Assembly (NCBI GenBank): GCA_902773925.1
Contig: CACYGI010000002.1
Span: 160,990-224,989, forward strand
Reading direction: 5' to 3'
Length of the DNA: 64,000 nt
Source: an uncultured Bacteroidia bacterium
Lineage (GTDB): Bacteria > Bacteroidota > Bacteroidia > Bacteroidales > UBA932
Made by a program: the position numbers and the translations under genes. Shown here piece after piece: positions 34,180 to 43,509 of this stretch (position 1 is the stretch's first letter; every line of letters begins with the position of its first letter). The notes below the pieces were generated by a model, which was not told the DNA's origin, did not search any database, and was given only the letters and a program-made list of their open reading frames with translations.

Positions 34180-35649
34180 ATGAAGAAATATCCTTTTATC
34201 GCGCTTTTCGTCCTGGCGGCACTCTGCTGTGCCTGCCAGGAGAAGGAGCCCGTATGGGTGGAGCCTGTACAGACAATGTTCATCGAGCAGGCAAATCTGG
34301 TTTTCACGCCCGCGGCCGGCTCTTCGAGCTTTCTGGTAAAGGCGGAAAAGTCCTTTACGGCGCAGACTGACCGCGACTGGTGCACCGCCACTGTCAGTGG
34401 CAGCGAGGTTACGGTCAACGTGACTGACAACGGCAGCAACGAGACGCGTTATGCGCGCGTCACGCTGGTCTGCGGAGATGAGACCCTTGGCATCACCGTC
34501 CATCAGGCCGGCCTGATCCTCAAGGGCTTCACTGTGACCGACCAGGTCGTAAGCTCAAAGCAGCAGGTGCTGAAATTCCCCTATTCGGCCAACGGTCCGC
34601 TGAGCGTCTCGACCAACGAGGCCTGGATCGGCGTCGCGCTGAATGATTCGCTGGTTACGATCAGCGTTGCCGAGAATACCGGCAGTATGCGTACCGGCCA
34701 GATCGAATATGCCTTCGGCGACCGCAGCGGCAGCTTCTCGATCATCCAGAATCCCTTGTTCCGCGTACTTCCCGACTGGGAGCCCGCTTATGCCGGCAAG
34801 ACCCGCGCCACGACTTATACCTGCGAGAATTTCAGTGTCAGCGTGGCAGCCGCCTCCATCGGCCAGCCCTATGCCATCACGCTTGTCCCGGAGAGCGATT
34901 TCATCGCTTCGGGTCAGACTATGTCGGATTATGTGGCTGATGTGGTTTGGAAGAAGGCACTTGCTGAGCTTGAACTTATCATCGAAGAATCCGAGGGGAC
35001 GCTGAAACTCGGCGACCTGCTCCTGACGGATTCGGCTACGGCCGAGTTCCCCGCTTCGGATATTCCTGCAGGAAGCTGGTATGTCATCGCCGTAGGTCTC
35101 AACCCCGACGCCATTCCGACCGGTTTCTACTCGGCAGCCCTGGTCCAGACCACGCCCCGGACATATGCTTCGTGGCTCGGCACCTGGACGGCTACCGATG
35201 CTCAGGGAGTTGTCTCTACGCTTGAAATCGCACAGAAGGAGTCCGGCGCATCCTATACGATCACCGGACTGAAGGGTTACAATTTCCCGGTTTCGGCCAA
35301 ATTCACCCCTGCTGACGGCACCTTTACGATCACCGGCTCTTCGACCGTCAGCCTGATCAGTTCGGATTATACCGAGGGTCAGTATGTGTTCAAGACTCTG
35401 TACCTGCTGGGCCTCTTCACAAACGGTTCGAGCTCGTATTACCGTACCGGCGCTTCGTCCGATGTCGCCCTCGGTTCGCGTATCGACGACAACAAGGCGC
35501 AGATCACTGGCTACTGGACTACCGCCTCGAGCGGTGACTGGTGCATATTCAACCAGCTGGTATTCCGCGGCCTTGCAAGCAAGAGCGGCGCAACTGCGAC
35601 CAACACCGTCCTGGCGCGCAATTATCTGCCTATAGTCCTGACCAGATAA
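34180..35649 (+). CDS. BACON domain-containing lipoprotein
   Basis: Lipobox LAALCCACQE. BACON-like block FTPAAGSSSFLVKAEKSFTAQTDRDWCTATVSGSEVTVNVTDNGSNETRYARVTLVCGDETLGITVHQ, followed by a second similar block. Confidence 0.7.
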   Translation: MKKYPFIALFVLAALCCACQEKEPVWVEPVQTMFIEQANLVFTPAAGSSSFLVKAEKSFTAQTDRDWCTATVSGSEVTVNVTDNGSNETRYARVTLVCGDETLGITVHQAGLILKGFTVTDQVVSSKQQVLKFPYSANGPLSVSTNEAWIGVALNDSLVTISVAENTGSMRTGQIEYAFGDRSGSFSIIQNPLFRVLPDWEPAYAGKTRATTYTCENFSVSVAAASIGQPYAITLVPESDFIASGQTMSDYVADVVWKKALAELELIIEESEGTLKLGDLLLTDSATAEFPASDIPAGSWYVIAVGLNPDAIPTGFYSAALVQTTPRTYASWLGTWTATDAQGVVSTLEIAQKESGASYTITGLKGYNFPVSAKFTPADGTFTITGSSTVSLISSDYTEGQYVFKTLYLLGLFTNGSSSYYRTGASSDVALGSRIDDNKAQITGYWTTASSGDWCIFNQLVFRGLASKSGATATNTVLARNYLPIVLTR

Positions 35650-35671
35650 GGGTCACGACCACTTAATTCAC

Positions 35672-35720
35672 ATTCCGCGGAAACATCCGGCCATCCGGAC
35701 TTTTCCGCGGAATTGCTTTT
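35672..35720 (+). terminator. rho-independent terminator of the susC3 operon
   Basis: 12-bp perfect stem ATTCCGCGGAAA...TTTCCGCGGAAT with an 18-nt loop, then TGCTTTTG. Confidence 0.7.
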
Positions 35721-35769
35721 GTGCTCTTCAAGAATTATTTGTAATTTTGAAGGTTAAAATCAGATTAGG

Positions 35770-36756
35770 ATGAAAAAGTTACTGTTATTGGTGTTTTTTG
35801 CTTCGTTGATGGGATTCGCTCTGCCTCTCGGTGCGCAGGATAATCATCTTGCCGCCGTAACGGAAGACGATGACAGCAATATGCCTGACCGCAGTGTAGT
35901 ATTCGCCCAGTACGATGATCAGGTCCTTGGGATGGACGTTTATATGCCTGATGACAACTCGGCGGCTCATCCGTGCATGATTTTCACCTATGGCGGCGGA
36001 TTCAAGATGAACACGCAGCGCAATCCCGCGACGCGACGCTTCTGCCGCCGCCTGGCCGACGATCTGGGCATCGTGGTGCTGGCCATAGATTACCGCCTCG
36101 GCCTGAAGGACAACCACGCCACCGGCAAGCTGTCGATGGCCAAGCCCCTCAAGAACGCCATCGATATGGGCACGGAGGACCTTTTCAAGGCCCTGAAGTG
36201 CGTCCTGGACAACGCCTTCTCGATGCGCATCAATCCCGCCAGGATTTTCCTTTGCGGCTCCAGCGCTGGAGCGATGATTTCACTCCAGGCCGATTTCGAG
36301 CTCTGCAACCGCACCGAGATGACTACGCTCATTCCGGATGATTTCCGCTTTGCGGGCGTCATATCATTTGCCGGAGCACTGTTTTCGACCAGCGGAAGGC
36401 CCTCCTACGTCATCCACTCCCCCGCCCCGACATTCCTGCTGCACGGAGATGCAGACAAGCTCGTCCCCTACGACAAGATCGCCGTCCTCAAATACTGGAT
36501 CGCAGGCTCCAACACCCTGGCAAAAATATTTGACAGCAACGGTTACGTATATCGCATCAAAAGATACAAGGGCCTGGGCCACAGCGTAGCGATGCGGCTC
36601 GAGGACGACTATGACGACGTGGTCGAATTCATCCGCAGCAGCATTCTCGGCGGAGAGAAAGTCTGCTATGACGAGACCGTCAAGATGCTTGAGATTCCCG
36701 TCGAGACGGCCAAGATTGACCGCGTAGATCTCAATTACCTGTACAACGAAATGTAA
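35770..36756 (+). CDS. alpha/beta hydrolase (esterase/lipase family), secreted
   Basis: Signal peptide. Oxyanion FTYGGGF, nucleophile elbow GSSAGA, HGDADKLVP. Confidence 0.75.
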   Translation: MKKLLLLVFFASLMGFALPLGAQDNHLAAVTEDDDSNMPDRSVVFAQYDDQVLGMDVYMPDDNSAAHPCMIFTYGGGFKMNTQRNPATRRFCRRLADDLGIVVLAIDYRLGLKDNHATGKLSMAKPLKNAIDMGTEDLFKALKCVLDNAFSMRINPARIFLCGSSAGAMISLQADFELCNRTEMTTLIPDDFRFAGVISFAGALFSTSGRPSYVIHSPAPTFLLHGDADKLVPYDKIAVLKYWIAGSNTLAKIFDSNGYVYRIKRYKGLGHSVAMRLEDDYDDVVEFIRSSILGGEKVCYDETVKMLEIPVETAKIDRVDLNYLYNEM

Positions 36757-36765
36757 TTGCCGACA

Positions 36766-38700
36766 ATGAAAGAGCCCGAAATGGAAGAATTGCAGCTGGA
36801 GCAGCCGAACAATTACGGCGACGAGTCGATGACCCACCTGGAGGATATCGAGCATATCCGCCTGCGTCCGGGAATGTATGTCGGACGACTCGGAGACGGT
36901 ACGGCCCCCAACGACGGTATGTACGTCCTGATGAAGGAGATCATCGACAATTCCATCGACGAATTTGCGATGGGCTACGGCAAGGTCATCAACATCAAGA
37001 TTGACGGAGACCGGATCTCCATCCGCGACTACGGACGCGGCATTCCCTTCGGCCACAACCCCAAGACGGGGCTCAACAACCTTGACGCCGCAGTGAGCAA
37101 GCTGCACACGGGCGCCAAGTACGACAGCGAGGTTTTCCAGAAGTCAGTGGGTATGAACGGCGTCGGCCTGAAGGCCGCAAATGCGCTTTCATCGTCATTC
37201 ATCGTCCAGTCGTTCCGCGACGGCGAGACGCTTCGCCTCGAATATGCCGCCGGCAAGCTGATCACACCGGATTTCACGCCGCAGCCGACCTCGGAGCGCA
37301 ACGGCACGCTGGTAAGTTTCATCCCCGACCAGACGCTTTTCGAGCCCTATTCGTACAATCTCGAGTACATCGAGGCGATGCTTCGCAACTATGCGTACCT
37401 CAACGTCGGCCTGAAGCTCGTTTTCAACGGGCAGGAATACAAGTCCGCCAACGGTCTGCTGGACCTGCTCAACGAGAGTATGGAGGAGGAGCCGCTCTAC
37501 GAGCCCATCCACCTGCGCAGCGGCGACATTGAGGTGGCATTTACGCACGGCAACGGCTACGGCGAGAATATCTATTCGTTCGTCAACGGCCAGAACACGA
37601 CGCTCGGCGGTACGCACCTCTCGGCATTCAAGGAGGCCGTGGCAAAGGTGCTGAAGGATTTCTTCAAGAAGGATTTCAATCCGGTGGATGTCCGCCAGTC
37701 GATCATCGGCGCGGTGAGCGTGCGCATCCAGGAGCCCGAATTCGAAGGCCAGACCAAGGTCCAGCTCGGCTCCAAATATATGTGGCAGGATAAGCAGGCC
37801 GGCACCCACGGCCCTACCATCAGCAAGGAGATGAGCGATTTCCTGATGGCCGATCTGGACAATTACCTGCACAAGCATCTGGACATCGCGGATGTGATCC
37901 TCAAGAAGATCCAGGATTCGGAACGCGAGCGCAACGCCATTTCGAGCATCAGCAAGAAGACCAAGGCCCGCCTCAAGAAGGCCAGCGTCCACAACAAGAA
38001 GCTGCGCGACTGCCGTATCCATTACGGCGACCGCAACGAGAAAGCCGAAGAGACTACCATATTCATCACCGAGGGCGACTCGGCTTCGGGTTCGATAACG
38101 AAGAGCCGCGATGCCAATACACAGGCCGTATTCAGCCTGATGGGCAAGCCTTTCAACTGCGTCAAGGCCTCCAAGAAGGACCTCTACGTGGACAAGAACG
38201 TGGAGCTCTGCCTGCTCCAATCCGCCCTCAATATCGAGGAAGGCGTCGAGGGCCTTCGCTACAACAATATCGTGATCGCGACGGATGCCGACGTGGACGG
38301 AATGCACATCCGCCTGCTGCTGCTCACGTTCTTCCTTAAGTTCTATCCGGACGTGGTGCGCTCGGGCCATCTGTACATCCTGCAGACGCCGCTTTTCCGC
38401 GTCCGCGACAAGAAGAGCAACAATATCTACTGTTACAATACCGCCGAGAAAGATGCGGCCGTCAAGGCTATCGGCAAGAACGCCGAGATCACCCGATTCA
38501 AAGGTCTGGGCGAGATTTCTCCCGAGGAATTCAAGGGATTCATCGGCAAAGATATCCGGCTCGAGGTCGTACGCCTGACCAATGAGGACAAGATAAGCGA
38601 CATCATCGAGTTCTATATGGGCAACAATACTCCCGTGCGGCAGAAATTCATCCGTACCAACCTCCGCAGCGACATCGACAACACCGAAGAGGCTCAGTAG
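36766..38700 (+). CDS. parE: type IIA topoisomerase B subunit, topoisomerase IV ParE-like
   Basis: GHKL ATPase (RLRPGMYVG, EIIDNSIDE), Toprim (ITEGDSASG, IATDADVDGMHI). The track start at 36757 is TTG; the ATG at 36766 is preferred. ParE vs GyrB is an inference. Confidence 0.75.
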   Translation: MKEPEMEELQLEQPNNYGDESMTHLEDIEHIRLRPGMYVGRLGDGTAPNDGMYVLMKEIIDNSIDEFAMGYGKVINIKIDGDRISIRDYGRGIPFGHNPKTGLNNLDAAVSKLHTGAKYDSEVFQKSVGMNGVGLKAANALSSSFIVQSFRDGETLRLEYAAGKLITPDFTPQPTSERNGTLVSFIPDQTLFEPYSYNLEYIEAMLRNYAYLNVGLKLVFNGQEYKSANGLLDLLNESMEEEPLYEPIHLRSGDIEVAFTHGNGYGENIYSFVNGQNTTLGGTHLSAFKEAVAKVLKDFFKKDFNPVDVRQSIIGAVSVRIQEPEFEGQTKVQLGSKYMWQDKQAGTHGPTISKEMSDFLMADLDNYLHKHLDIADVILKKIQDSERERNAISSISKKTKARLKKASVHNKKLRDCRIHYGDRNEKAEETTIFITEGDSASGSITKSRDANTQAVFSLMGKPFNCVKASKKDLYVDKNVELCLLQSALNIEEGVEGLRYNNIVIATDADVDGMHIRLLLLTFFLKFYPDVVRSGHLYILQTPLFRVRDKKSNNIYCYNTAEKDAAVKAIGKNAEITRFKGLGEISPEEFKGFIGKDIRLEVVRLTNEDKISDIIEFYMGNNTPVRQKFIRTNLRSDIDNTEEAQ

Positions 38701-38708
38701 GAGAAACG

Positions 38709-38737
38709 AAAAGGGTGACCGTAGCGGCCACCCTTTT
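38709..38737. terminator. bidirectional terminator between convergent parE and efp
   Basis: AAAAGGGTG...CACCCTTTT stem with A/T runs on both sides. Confidence 0.65.
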
Positions 38738-38756
38738 AATCTTGTTCTGGAAGTGA

Positions 38757-39329
38757 CTACTTCACGCGCTCGCCGTATGTACGGTCAACCGTGTTGACAC
38801 GGATCATCTCATCGTTGTTGATGAACAGGGGGACCATAATCTTGGCACCGGTCTCGAGCGTAGCCTCCTTGAGGGCATTGGTCGAAGCAGTGTCGCCCTT
38901 GACTGCGGGCTCGGTGTAGGTCACCTGAAGCTCGACATAGGTCGGAAGCTCGCAGGTAAGGCAGCGCTCTTCCTCGCCGTCCACGTGGAAAACCATCTGT
39001 ACGACCTGACCTTCCTTCATAAGGTCATTGTTGGCCACGAGGTCCTTCTGGATAGCCACCTGCTCGAAGGTCTCGGTATTCATAAAGTTGAATACGTCAT
39101 CCTCGGCATAGAGGTATTGATATTCACGGTGTTCGACGGTGATAACGTCGATCTTCTCACCTGCGTTGAAAGTTTTCTCCAGGATGCGACCGTTCTCAAG
39201 GTTGCGCAATTTGGTCTTGACGAAAGCCGGACCCTTGCCGGGCTTGACGTGCTGGAACCAGACGATCGAACAGGGCTTGCCGTTGAAGTCCAGATAAAGA
39301 CCGTTCTTGAAATCTGCTGTTGTTGCCAT
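38757..39329 (-). CDS. efp: elongation factor P
   Basis: MATTADFKNGLYLDFNGKPCSIVWFQHVKPGKGPAFVKTKLRNL; 190 aa. Confidence 0.95.
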   Translation of the reverse strand: MATTADFKNGLYLDFNGKPCSIVWFQHVKPGKGPAFVKTKLRNLENGRILEKTFNAGEKIDVITVEHREYQYLYAEDDVFNFMNTETFEQVAIQKDLVANNDLMKEGQVVQMVFHVDGEEERCLTCELPTYVELQVTYTEPAVKGDTASTNALKEATLETGAKIMVPLFINNDEMIRVNTVDRTYGERVK

Positions 39330-39361
39330 ATAGTTACTTAAAAATTGTTTCGTGCGAAGTG

Positions 39362-39369
39362 CAAAAATA
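39362..39369 (-). promoter_or_regulatory. -7 box for efp
   Basis: caaaaata on plus equals TAttTTTG on minus, 33 nt upstream of the efp ATG. Confidence 0.45.
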
Positions 39370-39384
39370 ACGATAAATCTTTTT

Positions 39385-40257
39385 TTAACAAATAGTTTGC
39401 ATCGAAGCGGTGCGGGCAGCGGCCTCTTCGAGCTGCCACTTGGGAGTGGAGGTGGCTCCGCAGATGCCTACCGTATCGCCTTCGCGGAACCACTGCGGCA
39501 CGATATCGGAGATCTGCTCGACCAGATGGCAGCGGGGATTTGCCTGGTGGCACAAATCGTAGAGCACCTTGCCGTTGGAGCTGTCGCGGCCACTCACGAA
39601 CAGCACCACGGAGTGCGAAACGGCGAACTCCTTGAGCGAATTGTAGCGCTGGGACACCCTGCGGCAGATGGTATCATATACATCCACGCTGCTGCGGGCA
39701 CGGCTGCGGATCTGCTCAGCGAGAAGGCGGTACTCCTCGGGATCCTTGGTAGTCTGGGAGAAAAGTGCTATCGGACGGTCGAAATCTATGCCTTCGATAT
39801 CTTCCACGCCACCCACGACCTTTGCCTGTCCGCCGGTCTGGCCCACCAGGCCGTTGACCTCCGCGTGTCCGCGCTTGCCGAAAATGATCACCTGTCCGCC
39901 GATGGCCTCCATCCGGGCGAAAGTCTCACGCACCTTGCCCTGCAGCTGAAGCACGGCCGGACAGGTGCAGTCGATCAGCTCAAGTCCAAGCCTGCGTGCC
40001 GTCTGGTATGTCTGCGGGGGCTCGCCGTGGGCACGGATCAGCACCACCTCCCCTGCGGGAAGCCGTTCCATATCCTCAAGGCCGATAATCTCCAGTCCGC
40101 GGGCGCGCAGACGGTCCAGCTCCAGGGAGTTGTGCACTATGGCCCCGAGCGAACGCAGGTGCTGGTGCGAAGCCAGATAATCCTCGGCCCTGCTGATGGC
40201 GCGGATCACTCCGTAGCAGAATCCGGACTCGGGGTCTATATCAACGGTAAGTCTCAT
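39385..40257 (-). CDS. ispH: 4-hydroxy-3-methylbut-2-enyl diphosphate reductase
   Basis: GFCYGVIRAI, IVHN, conserved Cys positions; 290 aa. ATGA overlap with cmk. Confidence 0.9.
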   Translation of the reverse strand: MRLTVDIDPESGFCYGVIRAISRAEDYLASHQHLRSLGAIVHNSLELDRLRARGLEIIGLEDMERLPAGEVVLIRAHGEPPQTYQTARRLGLELIDCTCPAVLQLQGKVRETFARMEAIGGQVIIFGKRGHAEVNGLVGQTGGQAKVVGGVEDIEGIDFDRPIALFSQTTKDPEEYRLLAEQIRSRARSSVDVYDTICRRVSQRYNSLKEFAVSHSVVLFVSGRDSSNGKVLYDLCHQANPRCHLVEQISDIVPQWFREGDTVGICGATSTPKWQLEEAAARTASMQTIC

Positions 40258-40955
40258 ATCGTGATCCCGAAACGCTGCTTAAGAAGGTCTGAGAGCCACG
40301 CCAGCTGCTGGTCAATGGTCATATCGCTGTTGTCGAGAACCACCGCGTCCGGAGCCTGGCGGAGCGGGTTCATCTGGCGGTGCGAATCGATATAGTCGCG
40401 CTCCAGGACATTGCGGTAAACCGCCTCGAAATCCGCCTTCTCGCCCTTCTGCTCCATCTCCAGCAGGCGGCGGCGGGCACGCACGCGCGCATCGGCGGTC
40501 ATAAACAGCTTCAGGTCGGCATCGGGGAATACGGCTGTCCCGATATCGCGCCCGTCCATAACGCAGCCCTGCGCTCCGTAGCGGTGCAGGACGCTGTCCA
40601 CGTGGCGGCGCACGCAGGGAATCTCTGCGATGCGGCTCACCGACGAGGAAATGTCCAGCATACGGATGCGGCCCTCGACACTCTTGCCATTGAGGGCGAT
40701 GACATACGTCCCGGAGTCCGTATCGCGGATAAAACCGATATCCACCTTGCCCTCCGCGATGTGGCGGTCAAGCTGCGCGGCATCCACGGTACCGTCCTCG
40801 GCTATCAATCCCGCGCCTATGGCATACAGGGTCACGGCGCGGTAAAGCGCGCCCGAATCCAGATACACCAGGTCCATCTTGCGGGCGATAATCTTTGCAA
40901 AAGTGCTTTTCCCTGTGGAAGAGTGGCCGTCAACGGCGATTATCAGTCCTGCCAT
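40254..40955 (-). CDS. cmk: (d)CMP kinase
   Basis: IIAVDGHSSTGKSTFAKIIARKMDLVYLDSGALYRAVT. Confidence 0.9.
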   Translation of the reverse strand: MAGLIIAVDGHSSTGKSTFAKIIARKMDLVYLDSGALYRAVTLYAIGAGLIAEDGTVDAAQLDRHIAEGKVDIGFIRDTDSGTYVIALNGKSVEGRIRMLDISSSVSRIAEIPCVRRHVDSVLHRYGAQGCVMDGRDIGTAVFPDADLKLFMTADARVRARRRLLEMEQKGEKADFEAVYRNVLERDYIDSHRQMNPLRQAPDAVVLDNSDMTIDQQLAWLSDLLKQRFGITI

Positions 40956-40981
40956 AACAATTACAACTGAGTGTTATACCA

Positions 40982-41010
40982 CAAAAATAGTCAAAAATTA
41001 CCTATCTTTG
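40982..41010. promoter_or_regulatory. divergent -7 boxes (cmk on minus, sigma-54 activator on plus)
   Basis: caaaaata (40982-40989; minus-strand TAnnTTTG) and tatctttg (41003-41010; plus). Confidence 0.45.
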
Positions 41011-41036
41011 TACTTCTGCATACAACTGTTGACAAA

Positions 41037-42197
41037 ATGAATATTCTTATCATTGACGACGAGCGCAGCATCCGCAACACGATGAAGGAGATCCTCGAAT
41101 ACGAGGGGCACGAGATCACGCTTGCGGAGGATGGTCGCGCCGGGCTCGACCTTGCCCTCAAGGGCAGTTACGATGCCATTTTCTGCGATATCAAGATGCC
41201 CGGGATGGACGGCACCGAAGTGCTGCATTCGCTCAATGAGGCCGGGTGCGAATCCGCCATCATAATGATTTCGGGGCACGGCAGCATCGAGACGGCCGTC
41301 GAATGCATCCGCGCAGGTGCGTTTGATTTCATCCAGAAGCCGCTCGACCTCAACCGCATCCTCATCACCCTGAAGAATGCGACGGACAAGACCTCGCTCG
41401 TCAAGGAGACGAAGATTCTCAAGAAGAAAGTCAGCAGCAAGTACGAGATCGTCGGCGCTTCGGCTGCCATCACCCATATCAAGGATATAGTGGACCGCGT
41501 CGCCCCGACCGATGCCCGCGTGCTCATTACGGGCCCCAACGGCACCGGCAAGGAGCTGGTGGCCCGCCGCCTGCACGACAAGAGCACCCGCGCTGCGATG
41601 CCTTTCATCGAGGTCAACTGCGCCGCGATCCCGGGCGAGCTCATCGAGAGTGAGCTTTTCGGCCACGAGAAAGGCGCATTTACCTCAGCCATAAAGCAGC
41701 ACAAGGGCAAGTTCGAGCAGGCAGAGGGAGGTACGCTCTTCCTCGACGAGATCGGCGATATGAGCCTCGCGGCGCAGGCCAAGGTGCTTCGCGTCCTCCA
41801 GGAGAAGAAGCTCAACCGCGTGGGCAGCGACAAGGACATCCAGGTGGACGTGCGTGTCATCGCCGCTACCAATAAGAACCTCACCGACGAGATCGCGAAG
41901 GGCCGATTCCGCGAGGACCTGTATCACCGCCTGAGCGTCATCGTGCTCAAGGTCCCCTCACTGGCCGAACGCACCGAGGATATCCCCCTGCTCGTGGAGC
42001 ACTTTATGAAGCAGGTCAGCGAAGAGACCGGCATCGCTTCCAAGAAGATTACGGCCGAGGCCATCACAGCCCTGCAGGGACTGCCCTGGACCGGCAATAT
42101 CCGCGAGCTTCGCAACGTCACCGAGCGTCTGATGATACTCTGCGGCAAAGAAATCACCAAAGAAGACGTTATCGCCTTCGCAACACCATCGATCTGA
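41037..42197 (+). CDS. sigma-54-dependent response regulator (REC + AAA+), no C-terminal HTH
   Basis: REC (ILIIDDE..., [14 protein letters not shown]). AAA+ ([14 protein letters not shown] loop, [16 protein letters not shown]). Ends ~30 aa after the AAA+ domain. Start at 41037, downstream of the -7 box. Confidence 0.85.
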   Translation: MNILIIDDERSIRNTMKEILEYEGHEITLAEDGRAGLDLALKGSYDAIFCDIKMPGMDGTEVLHSLNEAGCESAIIMISGHGSIETAVECIRAGAFDFIQKPLDLNRILITLKNATDKTSLVKETKILKKKVSSKYEIVGASAAITHIKDIVDRVAPTDARVLITGPNGTGKELVARRLHDKSTRAAMPFIEVNCAAIPGELIESELFGHEKGAFTSAIKQHKGKFEQAEGGTLFLDEIGDMSLAAQAKVLRVLQEKKLNRVGSDKDIQVDVRVIAATNKNLTDEIAKGRFREDLYHRLSVIVLKVPSLAERTEDIPLLVEHFMKQVSEETGIASKKITAEAITALQGLPWTGNIRELRNVTERLMILCGKEITKEDVIAFATPSI

Positions 42198-42198
42198 T

Positions 42199-43509
42199 AT
42201 GAACCTGGTAGCTATAGTAGGACGCCCCAACGTGGGCAAATCGACACTTTTCAACCGCCTGGTGGGAATGCGTCAGGCCATCGTCGACGAGACCGCCGGC
42301 GTGACCCGCGACCGCCATTACGGCAAATGCGAATGGTGCGGCCGTGAATTTTCGGTAGTCGATACTGGCGGATTCACCGTCAATTCGGAGGATATCTTCG
42401 AAGAGGAGATCCGCAAGCAGGTGATGATCGCCATCGAAGAGAGCGACCTGATACTCTTTATGGTGGAAGTGGATACGGGCATAACGGATTTCGACGACGA
42501 GATAGCCCGCATCCTGCGCCGCAGCAAAAAGCCGGTCCTGACCGTGGTCAACAAGGTTGACAGCGGCGAAAAGATTTACGGCACGTACGAATTCAACGCC
42601 CTGGGCCTCGGAGAGCCTTACAGCATCTCTTCGGCCACCGGCAGCGGCACAGGCGAGCTGCTTGACGCCATCTGCGCCCTGCTGCCCAGGGAACGCGACG
42701 GAGAGGACATAGAGAGCGGCCTGCCCCGTTTTGCCATCGTCGGCAAGCCCAATGTCGGCAAATCATCGCTTACCAACGCCCTTCTGGGCGAGGAACGCAA
42801 TATCGTCACCCCGCTGGCTGGCACCACCCGCGACTCGATCACCTCGCATTACAACAAGTTCGGCCACGAATTCCTGCTCGTCGATACGGCAGGCGTACGC
42901 CGCAAGAACCGCGTCCGCGAAGATCTGGAGTTCTATTCGGTGATGCGCTCGATCCGCACCATCGAGAACAGCGACGTCTGTATCCTGATGGTGGATGCCA
43001 CTTCCGGCCTGGAGGCGCAGGACATGGCTATTTTCAACCTCATCGCCCGCAACCGCAAGGGCTGCGTGATAGTGGTCAACAAGTGGGACCTGGTGCCTGA
43101 CAAGAGCGCCAACACGATGAAGGAATACACCGAAGCCATCAAGGCCCGCATCGCCCCGTTTACCGATATTCCCATCATATTTACCTCGGTCATCAACAAG
43201 CAGCGCATCCTCGACGTGCTCAACGCGGCTACCACTGTGTATGCCAACTATTCGCGCAAGATCTCAACGTCGGAGCTCAACGACGTGATGCTGCCCGAGA
43301 TTGAGAATTACCCGCCGCCGGCCTGGAAGGGCAAGTACATCAAGATCAAGTACATCACCCAGCTGCCCACGGCATTCCCCTCGTTTGCATTCTTCTGCAA
43401 TCTGCCTCAGTACATACGCGACCCGTACAAGCGGTTCCTCGAGAACAAGCTCCGGAGCCACTTCGACTTTACGGGCTGCACGATGCAGATTTTCCTACGC
43501 AAAAAGTAA
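42199..43509 (+). CDS. der: ribosome biogenesis GTPase Der (EngA)
   Basis: Two G domains ([18 protein letters not shown]; DTGG, DTAG; NKVD, NKWD) and a KH-like C-terminus. Confidence 0.93.
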   Translation: MNLVAIVGRPNVGKSTLFNRLVGMRQAIVDETAGVTRDRHYGKCEWCGREFSVVDTGGFTVNSEDIFEEEIRKQVMIAIEESDLILFMVEVDTGITDFDDEIARILRRSKKPVLTVVNKVDSGEKIYGTYEFNALGLGEPYSISSATGSGTGELLDAICALLPRERDGEDIESGLPRFAIVGKPNVGKSSLTNALLGEERNIVTPLAGTTRDSITSHYNKFGHEFLLVDTAGVRRKNRVREDLEFYSVMRSIRTIENSDVCILMVDATSGLEAQDMAIFNLIARNRKGCVIVVNKWDLVPDKSANTMKEYTEAIKARIAPFTDIPIIFTSVINKQRILDVLNAATTVYANYSRKISTSELNDVMLPEIENYPPPAWKGKYIKIKYITQLPTAFPSFAFFCNLPQYIRDPYKRFLENKLRSHFDFTGCTMQIFLRKK

